Source: Planctomycetota bacterium (lineage in GTDB: Bacteria > Planctomycetota > UBA1135 > UBA2386). From it: a DNA stretch of 64,000 bases. This document shows, piece by piece, positions 21,954-31,938 of this stretch. Each line of letters begins with the position of its first letter. Positions within the stretch are counted from its first letter, which is position 1. The notes below the pieces were generated by a model. It was not told the origin of the DNA, searched no databases, and was given only the letters and a program-made list of their open reading frames with translations. The stretch is from positions 5,728,001 through 5,792,000 of the forward strand of contig OZ245006.1 of the NCBI GenBank assembly GCA_965223545.1, in the 5' to 3' direction. The position numbers and the translations under genes were made by a program.

Positions 21954-23501
21954 ATGTGGTTCTTGTGGTGGCTGCTCGCCGCGCTGCTGGCCTTGCTGGT
22001 CTACGACCTGCTGCAGACCAAGCACGCGATCCTGCGCAACTTCCCGATCATCGGGCACATGCGTTACCTGCTCGAGTCGATCGGTCCCGAGCTGCGCCAG
22101 TACATCGTCACCGACAACGACGAGGAGCGTCCCTTCAGCCGCGACCAGCGCCGCTGGGTCTACACATCGGCGAAGAAGGCCAACACGTACTTCGGGTTCG
22201 GCACCGACAACGACGTCGAGAACCTGCCCAACTACCTGATCCTCAAGCAGCGCGCCTTTCCGCTCGATTCGCCGCGGGTCGGCGAGACCGACTACGACCC
22301 GGACTATCGGCTGCCGTGTGCCAAGGTTCTCGGTGCGGCGCGCGGCCGCCGCCATGCGTTTCGGCCGGCGTCGGTCGTCAGCGTGTCGGCGATGAGCTAC
22401 GGCTCGCTGAGCTCGGCGGCGATCGAGGCGCTCAACAAGGGCTGCAAACGGGCCGGCTGTCTGCACAACACGGGCGAAGGTGGGGTGTCACTGCACCACC
22501 AGCATGGCGGTGATCTGATCTGGCAGATCGGCACCGGCTACTTCGGCTGTCGCACGCCGGAAGGCGACTTCAGCATGGAGCGCCTTCGCGACGTGGTCGG
22601 ACGCTGTCAGGTGCGGGCGATCGAAGTGAAGCTGAGTCAGGGCGCCAAACCGGGTCTCGGCGGCGTGCTGCCCAAGGCGAAGATCACCGCCGAGATCAGC
22701 CGCATCCGCGGCGTGCCGCGCGGCCGGGACTGCATCAGTCCGGCGCGCCATCGCGCCTTCGGCGACGTCGATGGCTTGCTCGACTTCGTCGAGCAGATCG
22801 CGGAGGCCACCGGGTTGCCGGTCGGCATCAAGTCGGCGGTCGGCGAGAGCGCGTTCTGGGTCGAGCTGGCGCAGCTGATGGAACGCGGCGACCGGGGCGT
22901 TGACTTCATCGCCGTCGACGGTGGCGAGGGCGGCACGGGCGCCGCGCCGCTGTCGTTCTCCGACCACGTGTCGCTGCCGTTCAAGATCGGCATGAGCCGC
23001 GTCTACCGCGTCTTTGCCGAGCGCGGCCTACAGCAGCGGATCGTGTTCATCGGCGCCGGCAAGCTGGGGTTTCCCGAGACCGGTGCGCTGGCCATGGCCA
23101 TGGGATGCGACCTGATTGGCGTGGCGCGTGAGGCGATGCTGGCGATCGGCTGCATCCAGGCACAGCGCTGCCACAACGGACACTGTCCCACGGGCGTGGC
23201 AACCCAGAACGCGTGGTTGGTGCGTGGTCTCGATCCTCAGGACAAGGCGGCGCGGCTCGCCAACTACATGATCACTCTGCGCAAGGAGCTGCTGCGTCTG
23301 GGCCACGCGGCCGGCGTCTGCCACCCCGCCCTACTCAGCCCCGAGGACTTCGAGGTGCTGGACGATCGCTTCACGGCGGCACCGGTGTACGAACGGTTTG
23401 GCTATGAACGCACCTGGCAGCCGCTGAGCGCCGAGGACCGCGCGGCGATCACCGCGCTGATGAACGGGCCGACGGGCCAGCGCACTCCGGCGATCGCGTG
23501 A
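21954..23501 (+). CDS. FMN-binding glutamate synthase family protein (stand-alone)
   Basis: SAMSYGSLS, NTGEGG, IEVKLSQGAKPGLGG, DGGEGGTGAAP, CIQAQRCHNGHCPTGVATQ. Confidence 0.93.
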   Translation: MWFLWWLLAALLALLVYDLLQTKHAILRNFPIIGHMRYLLESIGPELRQYIVTDNDEERPFSRDQRRWVYTSAKKANTYFGFGTDNDVENLPNYLILKQRAFPLDSPRVGETDYDPDYRLPCAKVLGAARGRRHAFRPASVVSVSAMSYGSLSSAAIEALNKGCKRAGCLHNTGEGGVSLHHQHGGDLIWQIGTGYFGCRTPEGDFSMERLRDVVGRCQVRAIEVKLSQGAKPGLGGVLPKAKITAEISRIRGVPRGRDCISPARHRAFGDVDGLLDFVEQIAEATGLPVGIKSAVGESAFWVELAQLMERGDRGVDFIAVDGGEGGTGAAPLSFSDHVSLPFKIGMSRVYRVFAERGLQQRIVFIGAGKLGFPETGALAMAMGCDLIGVAREAMLAIGCIQAQRCHNGHCPTGVATQNAWLVRGLDPQDKAARLANYMITLRKELLRLGHAAGVCHPALLSPEDFEVLDDRFTAAPVYERFGYERTWQPLSAEDRAAITALMNGPTGQRTPAIA

Positions 23502-23671
23502 GCCCGACGATCGTTCCGCAACGCGCACTGCCATCGCGAGTTGCGCCCCGGGCCGCGCCACCGCGGCCGCCCTTCCGGCCGCCGCCTCGGTGTTAGCGCG
23601 ATTCTGACAAATCAACGTCGGCCGTTTGGGCGCTTGAGCTTGCGGCGCTCGTGCGCTCAGTTCTGCGCATC

Positions 23672-25243
23672 ATGAATTGCCACGTCTCGAATGGGCAGCC
23701 GCGCCGATGGTCGATCGCCGCGCTCCTCTTGCCCCTTACCTTGTTCTTTGCCGCCGCCGCGGCACCTGCGCAGGTCAACGCCACGTCACCGCTGGGGACC
23801 AACTTCGCGCGCGTCGAGTACTTCGGCTCCGAGTTGGTGTTCGTCGATCTGATGAAGCAGTCCTCGGATTGGATCCCGCAGCTGGTCTCCGGCGGTCCGT
23901 GGACGACCGGCGCGACGCTGGATGTCGATGCCGACGATTGGATCAAGACGCTGCAGCCCGGCCAAGCCGCGGCGACCCTGATGCGGCGCAGCATCGAGGG
24001 CCACTATCCCGGTGGAAAGTATCTCGTGCTGTGGGACGGTGATGGCGATCTCGAGGTCAGCTTCGACGCGACCGCGACCCTGGTCACGCCGGGTCGCATC
24101 GAGATGGATGTCAACCCCAGCGATGCCGGCATTCTGCTGCGCGTGATCCGGACGGAGCCGTCGAACCCGGCGCGCAACATCCGCGTGATTCCGGCCAGCG
24201 CCGAGCAGACCTACGTGACGCAGCCATTCGAGCAGGCATTCCTCGATCGCTGGCAGTACTTCAAGGTGCTGCGCTTCATGGACTGGAGCCGCACCAATGA
24301 GACCACGGTCGGCACCTGGGCCCAGCGGACCCGGCCGACGGCGCGGACCCAGGCGATCGATCACGGCGTGGCCTATGAGTACATGCTCGAGTTCGCCAAT
24401 GCGATCGATGCCGATCCGTGGATCTGCGTGCCGCACCTGGCCGACGACAACTTCGTCACCCAGCTCGCCAACCTGTGCAAGGCGACGTTGAAGCCGGGGA
24501 TCACGGCCTACGTCGAATACTCGAACGAGGTCTGGAATCCGCTCTACCCGGCGCAGACCTACGCCGCCGCCGCCGGCCTCGGCTTGGGCCTATCGACCAA
24601 CACCTACGAGGCGTCGCTGCGCTTCTACGGCCAGCGCTCGGTGGAGATCTTCAACATCTTCCGGCAGGCGTTGGGCAACAACCGCGTCTATCGCGTGCTG
24701 TCGGGCCAGACCGTCAACCCCTACGTCTTGCAGACCGCGCTCAGCTGGCAGAACGTCGGCCAGAACGTCGACGGCATCGCCGTGGCGCCGTACATCGGCA
24801 CCGAGCTCGGCTCGCCGGCGAAGGCGTTTGCCACTTCGCAGATGTCGCTCGCCCAGGTCTTCTACGAGACCTACCTCGACATCGGCAAGTCGATGCAGAA
24901 CGTCGCCACCCACAAGCAGATCGCCGACCAGTACGGCGTCGATCTGATCACCTACGAGGGCGGCCAGAGCCTGGTCGGCTTCGGCGGCATGGAGAACCTG
25001 ACCACGCTGACGACGCTGTTGACGACCGTCAACCGCCACTTCGCGATGTTCTACCTGTACGACCTCTACCTGACTGCCTGGCGCGCCGCCGGCGGCCGGT
25101 TGTTCATGCACTTCAACTCGACCTCGTCGTACTCCAAGTGGGGCAGCTGGGGCGCGTTCGAGTGGCACGACCAGAGTCCGCTGACCGCGTTCAAGTACCT
25201 CGGCATGTTGGTGTTCTGGACCAAGAACCCGCGCTGGTGGTGA
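23672..25243 (+). CDS. Secreted glycoside-hydrolase-like TIM-barrel protein
   Basis: Signal peptide ending AAAPAQ; LRFMDW, PWICVPH, YVEYSNEVWN, YEGGQ, WGSWG. Confidence 0.6.
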   Translation: MNCHVSNGQPRRWSIAALLLPLTLFFAAAAAPAQVNATSPLGTNFARVEYFGSELVFVDLMKQSSDWIPQLVSGGPWTTGATLDVDADDWIKTLQPGQAAATLMRRSIEGHYPGGKYLVLWDGDGDLEVSFDATATLVTPGRIEMDVNPSDAGILLRVIRTEPSNPARNIRVIPASAEQTYVTQPFEQAFLDRWQYFKVLRFMDWSRTNETTVGTWAQRTRPTARTQAIDHGVAYEYMLEFANAIDADPWICVPHLADDNFVTQLANLCKATLKPGITAYVEYSNEVWNPLYPAQTYAAAAGLGLGLSTNTYEASLRFYGQRSVEIFNIFRQALGNNRVYRVLSGQTVNPYVLQTALSWQNVGQNVDGIAVAPYIGTELGSPAKAFATSQMSLAQVFYETYLDIGKSMQNVATHKQIADQYGVDLITYEGGQSLVGFGGMENLTTLTTLLTTVNRHFAMFYLYDLYLTAWRAAGGRLFMHFNSTSSYSKWGSWGAFEWHDQSPLTAFKYLGMLVFWTKNPRWW

Positions 25244-25286
25244 GCCCGGCGCTGCGTCGCGGCCGCTCGGTCGGTCGCGGCGGCGT

Positions 25287-26510
25287 TTAGTTGGAATCCG
25301 CGAGCGCGGACCAGTCCACCGCGTCGCGGCGTAGCGTCGGCAGCTCGGCATCGAGCAGCTCGACGTACTTCTGTGCCGCCCCGGTGTTGAACACCACCAC
25401 CCGCTCTCCCGCGCCGATGCGGCCGGTCGCGACCGCCCGCTGCAGGGCGCCGAGGCAAGTCGCGCTCTCCGGACACAGCGCGATCCCCTCGAGGCGCGCG
25501 CACAGCCGCATCCACTCGACCAGCTCGGCTTCCGGAGTCGCGATCGCGCCGCCGCCCGAGCTGCGCACGGCGTCGAGAATCAAGAAGTCGCCCAAGGCGA
25601 CCGGCACGCGCACACCACTGGCGGCAGTCTGCGGGTCGCGGATCGCAGCGCCAGTGGCGAGCCCGTCCTCGAACGCCTTGACGATCGGCGCGCAGCCGTC
25701 GGCCTGACAGACGAAGAACCGCGGTGAGCGGTCGTCGTCGAGCCAGCCCAACGCGTTGAGCTCGGCGAACGCCTTGTGCATGCCGATCAGCCCGGTGCCG
25801 CCGCCGGTGGGGTAGAGGATCGCGTCGGGCAGGCGCCAATCGAGCTGCTCGGCCAGCTCGAGCCCCATGGTCTTCTTGCCTTCGATCCGGTACGGCTCGC
25901 GCAGCGTGCTGACGTCGAACCACCCGAAGCGCTCTGCACCCTGCCGCACGATCGCGCCGCAGTCGTGGATCAGTCCATCGACGGTGAAGGCGTGGGCGCC
26001 GTGCAGCGCGGCCTCCAGCTGATTGACGCGCGGCGTATCCCGCGGCATCAGCACGGTGCACGGCAGGCCGGCGCGCGCGGCGTAGGCGGCGAGCGCCCCG
26101 CCGGCGTTGCCCTGGGTCGGCGCCGCCAGATGGGTGGCGCCGAGCTCTCGGGCGCGCGACACGGCGAGCGCCATCCCGCGCGCCTTGAACGAGCCGGTGG
26201 GCAGCAGCGCCTCGTCCTTGATCCACAGCTTGCGCACGCCGAAGTGTCGCGCCAGCCGTTCGCAGTCGAGCAGGGGAGTGCGGTTCTCGCCCAGACTCAC
26301 CCGAGAATCGAAGTCGCGCACCGGCAACAGCTCGGCGTAGCGCCACAGGTCGGCCGGCCGCGCGGCCAGCTCGGTGCGCCGCACCGCGGCGCCGACCGCG
26401 GCGAGGTCGTAGCGCGCCAGCAGCGGCTTGCCGGCGTGGACCGTCTGCAGCTGCTCCGGTTCGTGCGCGCTGCCGTCGGCCGTGGACTCGAGATGGGTGA
26501 GAAAACTCAT
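25287..26510 (-). CDS. thrC: Threonine synthase (PLP fold type II)
   Basis: LWRYAELLP, LGENRTPL, KDEALLPTGSFKARG, YRIEGKKTMGLE, YPTGGGTG. Confidence 0.8.
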   Translation of the reverse strand: MSFLTHLESTADGSAHEPEQLQTVHAGKPLLARYDLAAVGAAVRRTELAARPADLWRYAELLPVRDFDSRVSLGENRTPLLDCERLARHFGVRKLWIKDEALLPTGSFKARGMALAVSRARELGATHLAAPTQGNAGGALAAYAARAGLPCTVLMPRDTPRVNQLEAALHGAHAFTVDGLIHDCGAIVRQGAERFGWFDVSTLREPYRIEGKKTMGLELAEQLDWRLPDAILYPTGGGTGLIGMHKAFAELNALGWLDDDRSPRFFVCQADGCAPIVKAFEDGLATGAAIRDPQTAASGVRVPVALGDFLILDAVRSSGGGAIATPEAELVEWMRLCARLEGIALCPESATCLGALQRAVATGRIGAGERVVVFNTGAAQKYVELLDAELPTLRRDAVDWSALADSN

Positions 26511-26519
26511 GGTAGGGGC

Positions 26520-27104
26520 CTACTGCGGCGTCTCGATCCACAGCGCGGCGGGGCGAATGCGCACTCGGCGCGTGATGCCGCCGCCGCGGGCGCACTCCGC
26601 CAACCATCGGCCGCCGTCGGCGTCGCGGCCCAGGGCGCGGTAGCGCTCGGTGTCGGTCTGCACCACGTCGACGCGCTCGAGCGCGCCGCCGACGGCGGCG
26701 CGCAGCTGCGCCACGATCGCCGCCGGTGCCGCGTCGACCGGCAGCGAATGGCTGCGTTCGACGACGGTGCCGTCCGCGGTGAGGCGCACGCTGCGAAACC
26801 TGCCGGCCGCGTCCTCGCCGAGATCGACGTCGACGCGGTAGTGGCCGTCGCCCGGCAGGTGCTCGATGCGGCGCTGCCCGCCGGGCGCCAGCGCCTCGGC
26901 GGTCCGGCGCACCACAGCGGGAACTTCCGTCTCCGCCACTGGCAGCGACACCTCGACGATGCCCTTTGGCGTCAGCGCGACGCGGGCGGCTCCGCCATCC
27001 GGTGTGCGACGCAGCGGGTCGAGGAGCTCGGGTGCCACGCCCGGTGCACTGCAGGCGCAGAGGGCAATGAGCCCGAGGGCTGTCGTTCGGCTTGGCTTCC
27101 GCAT
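26520..27104 (-). CDS. Hypothetical lipoprotein (PepSY-like beta repeats possible)
   Basis: MRKPSRTTALGLIALCAC lipobox-like start; two similar EVPAVV / AAPAAIV segments. Confidence 0.5.
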   Translation of the reverse strand: MRKPSRTTALGLIALCACSAPGVAPELLDPLRRTPDGGAARVALTPKGIVEVSLPVAETEVPAVVRRTAEALAPGGQRRIEHLPGDGHYRVDVDLGEDAAGRFRSVRLTADGTVVERSHSLPVDAAPAAIVAQLRAAVGGALERVDVVQTDTERYRALGRDADGGRWLAECARGGGITRRVRIRPAALWIETPQ

Positions 27105-27158
27105 CGGAGGCCGGACTATAAGAGGGGCGACCCGCCGTTCCCGAACCGATCCATACCC

Positions 27159-28511
27159 ATGATCCCATCGCTGGCCTCGCTTCTCCTCGCTCTCGTCGCC
27201 CAGGACCCCGGGGTCGCGGTTGCCGAGCGGATCGGCGCGTTGGCGGCAGAAGTCGATCCGGCGGCGCTGCGCCGCACGGTGGACGACCTGGTCGGTTTCG
27301 GCACCCGGCACGTCGCGTCGGCCGTCGATTCGACCGAGCACGGCACGGGCGCGGCGCGCGCCTACCTGCAGCGCCGGTTCGAAGAGCTGGTGCCGGCGTC
27401 GGGTGGCCGGCTGCGGGTCGAGCGCATGGAACACCGCGTGTTCAGCACGAGGCTGCGGCGCGAAGTCGACTTGGTCAACGTCGTGGCGACGCTCCGCGGG
27501 GTCAGCGATCCGGAGCGGATCTACGTCGTCGGCGGCCACTACGATTCGATCAACGGCAACAATCGAGACTCCGGGGGCGCGGCGCCGGGGGCCAACGACG
27601 ACGCCTCCGGCACCGCGGTCGTGCTCGAGGCCTGTCGCCTGATGTGCGCGCAACCGCTCGCTGCGACGGTCGTGTTCTGTGGTTACGACGGTGAGGAGAT
27701 GGGGCTGCTGGGCTCGGCGGAGCACGCTGCGCTGCTGCAGGCCGCCGGTGCGCGCGTGGATGGCATGATCACCAACGACATCGTCGGCAACTCCCTGGGA
27801 ATGGACGGTGTGCGCCGTGACGACTACGTGCGCTGCTTCAGCTACGCGCCGCGCGGCAACGACTCGAGCGGCCGCAGCCTCGCCCGCGCCGCGACGCGTG
27901 CCGCTGCCGCGTTCGAGGACTTCCACGCCCGGCTGGTGTACCGCGGTGACCGCTACGGCCGCGGTGGCGACCACCGATCGTTCCACGCCGCGGGGTATCC
28001 CGCGATCCGCTTCACCGAGCCGCGCGAGGACTACTCGCGGCAGCATCGCGATGTCACCGAGCGCGAAGGCCGTCCCTATGGCGACCTGCCCGAGTACATG
28101 GACTTCGACTATCTGGCGCGGGTGTGCCGGCTCAACGTCGCGCTGTTGGTGGAGCTCGCCAGCGCCCCGCCGGCGCCCGAGCGCGTGCGTGCGCGGGGAG
28201 TGCGGGATGCCTACGACACGCGCGTGAGCTGGCGGCCGGTGGCGGGTGCTGCGGCCTACGAGATCGTGTGGCGCGAGACCACCACCGCCGATTGGCAAGG
28301 GCGCTTGGTGCTGGCGCCGCCGGAGCCGGACCGGCGCGGTGCGCTGGCGGCCGTGCTGCCCGGCGTCTGCCTCGACGAAGTGGTCGTCGGCGTGTCCGCG
28401 GTGGGTGCCGACGGCGCGCGCTCGCGCGTTTCGACGCCGCCCGAGCCAGACGCGGTGGCGCAGCGGCCGACCGGTGCGGCGAGCGGCGACGCACCGCGCA
28501 CGCGGCGGTGA
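27159..28511 (+). CDS. Secreted M28-family metallopeptidase
   Basis: GGHYDS, APGANDDASG, DGEEMGLLGS, RGGDHRSF. Confidence 0.9.
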   Translation: MIPSLASLLLALVAQDPGVAVAERIGALAAEVDPAALRRTVDDLVGFGTRHVASAVDSTEHGTGAARAYLQRRFEELVPASGGRLRVERMEHRVFSTRLRREVDLVNVVATLRGVSDPERIYVVGGHYDSINGNNRDSGGAAPGANDDASGTAVVLEACRLMCAQPLAATVVFCGYDGEEMGLLGSAEHAALLQAAGARVDGMITNDIVGNSLGMDGVRRDDYVRCFSYAPRGNDSSGRSLARAATRAAAAFEDFHARLVYRGDRYGRGGDHRSFHAAGYPAIRFTEPREDYSRQHRDVTEREGRPYGDLPEYMDFDYLARVCRLNVALLVELASAPPAPERVRARGVRDAYDTRVSWRPVAGAAAYEIVWRETTTADWQGRLVLAPPEPDRRGALAAVLPGVCLDEVVVGVSAVGADGARSRVSTPPEPDAVAQRPTGAASGDAPRTRR

Positions 28512-28569
28512 CCCGGCGGGTTTGCTCCTTGCTTGCCGGCCGGGTCGTTTCCGGTCAGACTTCTGCGCG

Positions 28570-31500
28570 ATGGTGCGCGAGACCGACAAGGCGCGCCGCG
28601 CGCGCGCGCGGCGTCTGGTGGCGGGGGTGCTGGCGGCGCAGCCGGACGCGCGATGCGCGCTCGACTTCGAGACGCCGTTCCAGCTGTTGGTGGCGACGAT
28701 CCTGTCGGCGCAGAACACCGACGAGAACGTCAACCGCGTCACGCCACGCTTGTTCAGCCGGTTTCCCGACCCGCAGGCCATGGCCACGGCCGACCCCGAC
28801 CAGCTGCAGGAGCTGATCCACTCCACCGGCTTCTTTCGGCAGAAGACCAAGAGCCTGCTGCGGGTGTCGCAGGCGTTGGTCGACGAGCACGGCGGTGAAG
28901 TCCCGGACACGCTCGACGAGTTGGTGCGGCTGCCGGGCGTCGGCCGGAAGACCGCCAACCTGGTGCTCGGCGTGTGCTTTGGCGTTCCCGGCCTGGTGAT
29001 CGACACCCATGCCGGCCGTCTCGCGCGCCGCTGGGGCCTCACCGAGCACAAGGATGCCGGCAAGATCGAGCGGGATCTGATGCCGTTGGTGCCCGCCGAG
29101 CAGTGGACGGCGTTCAGCCACGCCACGATCTTCCACGGTCGACGCGTCTGCCACGCGCGCAAGCCGAGCTGTGGCGAGTGTGGCTTGCGAGTCGATTGTC
29201 CTTCGGCCGACGTCGGGGGTGTCGAGCGCGGCGGCCGGGTCCGCGGCGCCGGTCTCTGGCTGCTGCTCGGTGCTGTGGCGTTCGCGGCGGCCTGCTCCGG
29301 GGAGGGCTCCGATATCGGCCCGCGCATCGTGCCGGTGAGCGAGGCCGACTACCGCGTCATCGTGGTCGACGATTCCTACCGCCGCGCGGTCAACGCACGG
29401 GTGACCATCGACGGCGCCAGTGTGGCCGGTGCGGTCGGTCGCAACGGTCGCGCGGTGGTGCCGGCCCTTGGCGTCGGCCGGGGGCGGGTGACCGTCGATG
29501 GAGCCGCGGCGTCGGCGACCGCGTCGTCCGAGCTCGGCCGCCTGGTCGTCGATGCCGACCTGAGCGACGGCGGAGAGCTGCCCTACGTCGTCTTTCTCCC
29601 CGACGTCGCCGGCAGCGCCGGACTGGTGCTGCCCGCCGGGCCGCTCGGCGGCGGCGCGCAGCTCGACGACAGCGCGAGCAGTGGCGGCATCGTCACCATC
29701 GCCGCCGGTACCGCGGTCGCCGCCGGCAGCAGCTCGACCATCACCCTGCGCACCGGCATGGTTTCCGCGCACCACTTGCCGGGCGAGCTCCCCGCCGCGG
29801 CGAGTGGCGTGCGCGTTTGGAGTCGCGGCGTGTACTTGCATCCGCCCGATCTGACGTTGGCGCCGTCGGCGGGCCTCGCGGTCGTCAACGACCAGGGCTT
29901 TGCCGCGGGAGCTGCGGCCGACCTCTACTGGTTGGAGCCCGCCACCGGGCGTTGGCAGCGCGTCGCGGGCGGCAGCGTCGATGGCAGCGGTGCGCTGGTG
30001 CAGGCCGGCGCGGGCGTCGCGGCTGCGGGGCTGTACGCGTTCGCGGTCGATGCGGTGGCGCCGACCACCCAGCTGATCGGGCGGTTGCTGGACCTGCAGG
30101 ATCGCGGCGTGCCCGACGGTCTGGTCCGCGCCGGTGCGGGCCGGGTGCGTTCGCGCGGCGACGGCCGGTTCACCCTGCCGCCGATCGCGGCGGTGGATGG
30201 CAGCGGTGCGGCGCGCACCGTGACGCTGGATGCGTTCGGTGGGCGCGATTGGCTGCCCGTGCGCGCGGCGAGCACCGTCACGCTGACGCCGGGTGTGCAG
30301 GACCTCGGCGATCTGCGCATCGAGACGGCCACGGCGACGCAGGTGCGCCTGCAGCTGATCAACCGCGGCCGCATCGATCCGTGGCGCCGGCTGCGCGTCA
30401 GCTCGGGCGATGACCCGACCTTCGGCATCGGTGTCGGGGACGCCAACGGCGAGCGGACCTTCCACGACCAGGCCGGGGAGCAGTTCGTCGGGGTGTTGAC
30501 GACCCGCATCCAAGACGACTTCGACGTCTTGGTGGCGCAGGCGTTCCGCTTTCTCAAGGCCGGCGAGCACCACGCCGACCTGCAGGTGTTCGGCAACAAG
30601 CAGCCGTGGTGGATCGGCCGGGGGCGCGGTGGGGCGACCGCGACCTACGTGGTCGATGCGCTAGGGACGGGACCGATTCGCTTCGCGGCGGTGACCCGGG
30701 ATGCCGAGCCGGAGCGCGGCTTCTTGGGCTACACGCGCGAGACGGGGGTCGTCAACGGCGCCTATGGGGACGGTGGCCAGGCCACCGCGGCGATCGCCAC
30801 CGGTGCCACCGGCAGCACGGTCGTCAGCGCGTTCACGATGGTGGACGTCGACAGCGCCCGTATCGAGGTCCCGCTGCAGCGGGCGCGCCAGTTTACCGGT
30901 GCCTTCGACGCACACGGCGTGGTGCGCGGCGCGGTCACGCTGGGCGCGGCGTCGGGCGTCGAGCGGCGCGTGTCGGCGACCCGCACGCTGACCCGCGAGG
31001 ACTGGTACGAAGCGGTGTTCTTCGACCGCGAGATTGGCGGCGACGTTCCGCGGCGCGAGGACCCCGCGCTCACCGGTGGCCGCGACTTCGTGCTCGGTGT
31101 GCCGTTGCCGGCCGGCAACCTGGCGGCCGTCGAAGTGGCGTCGTCGCCGACCGGATCGAAGCTCCAGCGCTTGGGGTTCGTCGGCGATCTGATGCCGGAC
31201 CCCGGTGGTGCCGTCACCCGAGACGTGCCGTTGACCTATGCGGCCGACACCGCGTTCACCGTCGCCGACGCGCTGACCAATCTGCACGGCAGCTTGTCGT
31301 TCGCCGACGTTACCTATGACTTGGGAATCGAGTTCGCCGACGGGCGCGTGCTGGACGCCGGCCGGGATCTCGGTGGACTGCGCGTCGCTGGCACGAGTCT
31401 GGTGGCGGACTTGCCCGCGCTGGTGGGAGGCCTGCAGGGAGCGCGCTACTTGGTCGCGTTCGACGCGCGCAGCACGGGTGGCGGGGTCGAGGTGCGGCAG

Positions 31501-31938
31501 CAGACCTTCGCGCCGCTCGACGGCGGCCCGGCGCCCTTCGTGCGCTTTCTCGATGTGCCCTCCATCGTCGCGCCAGCGCCGGGGGCGGTGGTGTCGGCCG
31601 ACGGGTTCACGGTGCAGTGGACGGTGCCGGTGTCGACCCTCTACGTCGTGGTCAACCTGCGCGCCGAGAACGGCGCGGTCGTGCGCGATTGGACCGCGGT
31701 GCTGCCAGCGAGCTTCGATCGCTTCTCGTTCCGCCGGCTGCCGGTCGAGTCGCCGCAGCCGCTGATCGCTGGCACGACTTGGCGGCTGTCGGTGACGGCG
31801 GCGCGGATCGAGACCGGAGTGCTGTCGCGGGTGCGAGATCCCTACCGCCGCATTCTGCAGAACTGGGTCGGCATCACCGCCGCCGAGCGTGAGGTCAACG
31901 CGTTCTCGACCACGGCGATCACCGTGACGACCAATTGA
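28570..31938 (+). CDS. nth: Endonuclease III (N-terminal ~215 aa) fused in frame to a large beta-rich lipoprotein-like protein
   Basis: LLVATILSAQNTD, LPGVGRKTAN (HhH), IDTH, C-x6-C-x2-C-x5-C Fe-S motif; no stop; then LWLLLGAVAFAAAC (Cys 29293) and ~880 aa of beta-rich sequence. Confidence 0.85.
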   Translation: MVRETDKARRARARRLVAGVLAAQPDARCALDFETPFQLLVATILSAQNTDENVNRVTPRLFSRFPDPQAMATADPDQLQELIHSTGFFRQKTKSLLRVSQALVDEHGGEVPDTLDELVRLPGVGRKTANLVLGVCFGVPGLVIDTHAGRLARRWGLTEHKDAGKIERDLMPLVPAEQWTAFSHATIFHGRRVCHARKPSCGECGLRVDCPSADVGGVERGGRVRGAGLWLLLGAVAFAAACSGEGSDIGPRIVPVSEADYRVIVVDDSYRRAVNARVTIDGASVAGAVGRNGRAVVPALGVGRGRVTVDGAAASATASSELGRLVVDADLSDGGELPYVVFLPDVAGSAGLVLPAGPLGGGAQLDDSASSGGIVTIAAGTAVAAGSSSTITLRTGMVSAHHLPGELPAAASGVRVWSRGVYLHPPDLTLAPSAGLAVVNDQGFAAGAAADLYWLEPATGRWQRVAGGSVDGSGALVQAGAGVAAAGLYAFAVDAVAPTTQLIGRLLDLQDRGVPDGLVRAGAGRVRSRGDGRFTLPPIAAVDGSGAARTVTLDAFGGRDWLPVRAASTVTLTPGVQDLGDLRIETATATQVRLQLINRGRIDPWRRLRVSSGDDPTFGIGVGDANGERTFHDQAGEQFVGVLTTRIQDDFDVLVAQAFRFLKAGEHHADLQVFGNKQPWWIGRGRGGATATYVVDALGTGPIRFAAVTRDAEPERGFLGYTRETGVVNGAYGDGGQATAAIATGATGSTVVSAFTMVDVDSARIEVPLQRARQFTGAFDAHGVVRGAVTLGAASGVERRVSATRTLTREDWYEAVFFDREIGGDVPRREDPALTGGRDFVLGVPLPAGNLAAVEVASSPTGSKLQRLGFVGDLMPDPGGAVTRDVPLTYAADTAFTVADALTNLHGSLSFADVTYDLGIEFADGRVLDAGRDLGGLRVAGTSLVADLPALVGGLQGARYLVAFDARSTGGGVEVRQQTFAPLDGGPAPFVRFLDVPSIVAPAPGAVVSADGFTVQWTVPVSTLYVVVNLRAENGAVVRDWTAVLPASFDRFSFRRLPVESPQPLIAGTTWRLSVTAARIETGVLSRVRDPYRRILQNWVGITAAEREVNAFSTTAITVTTN

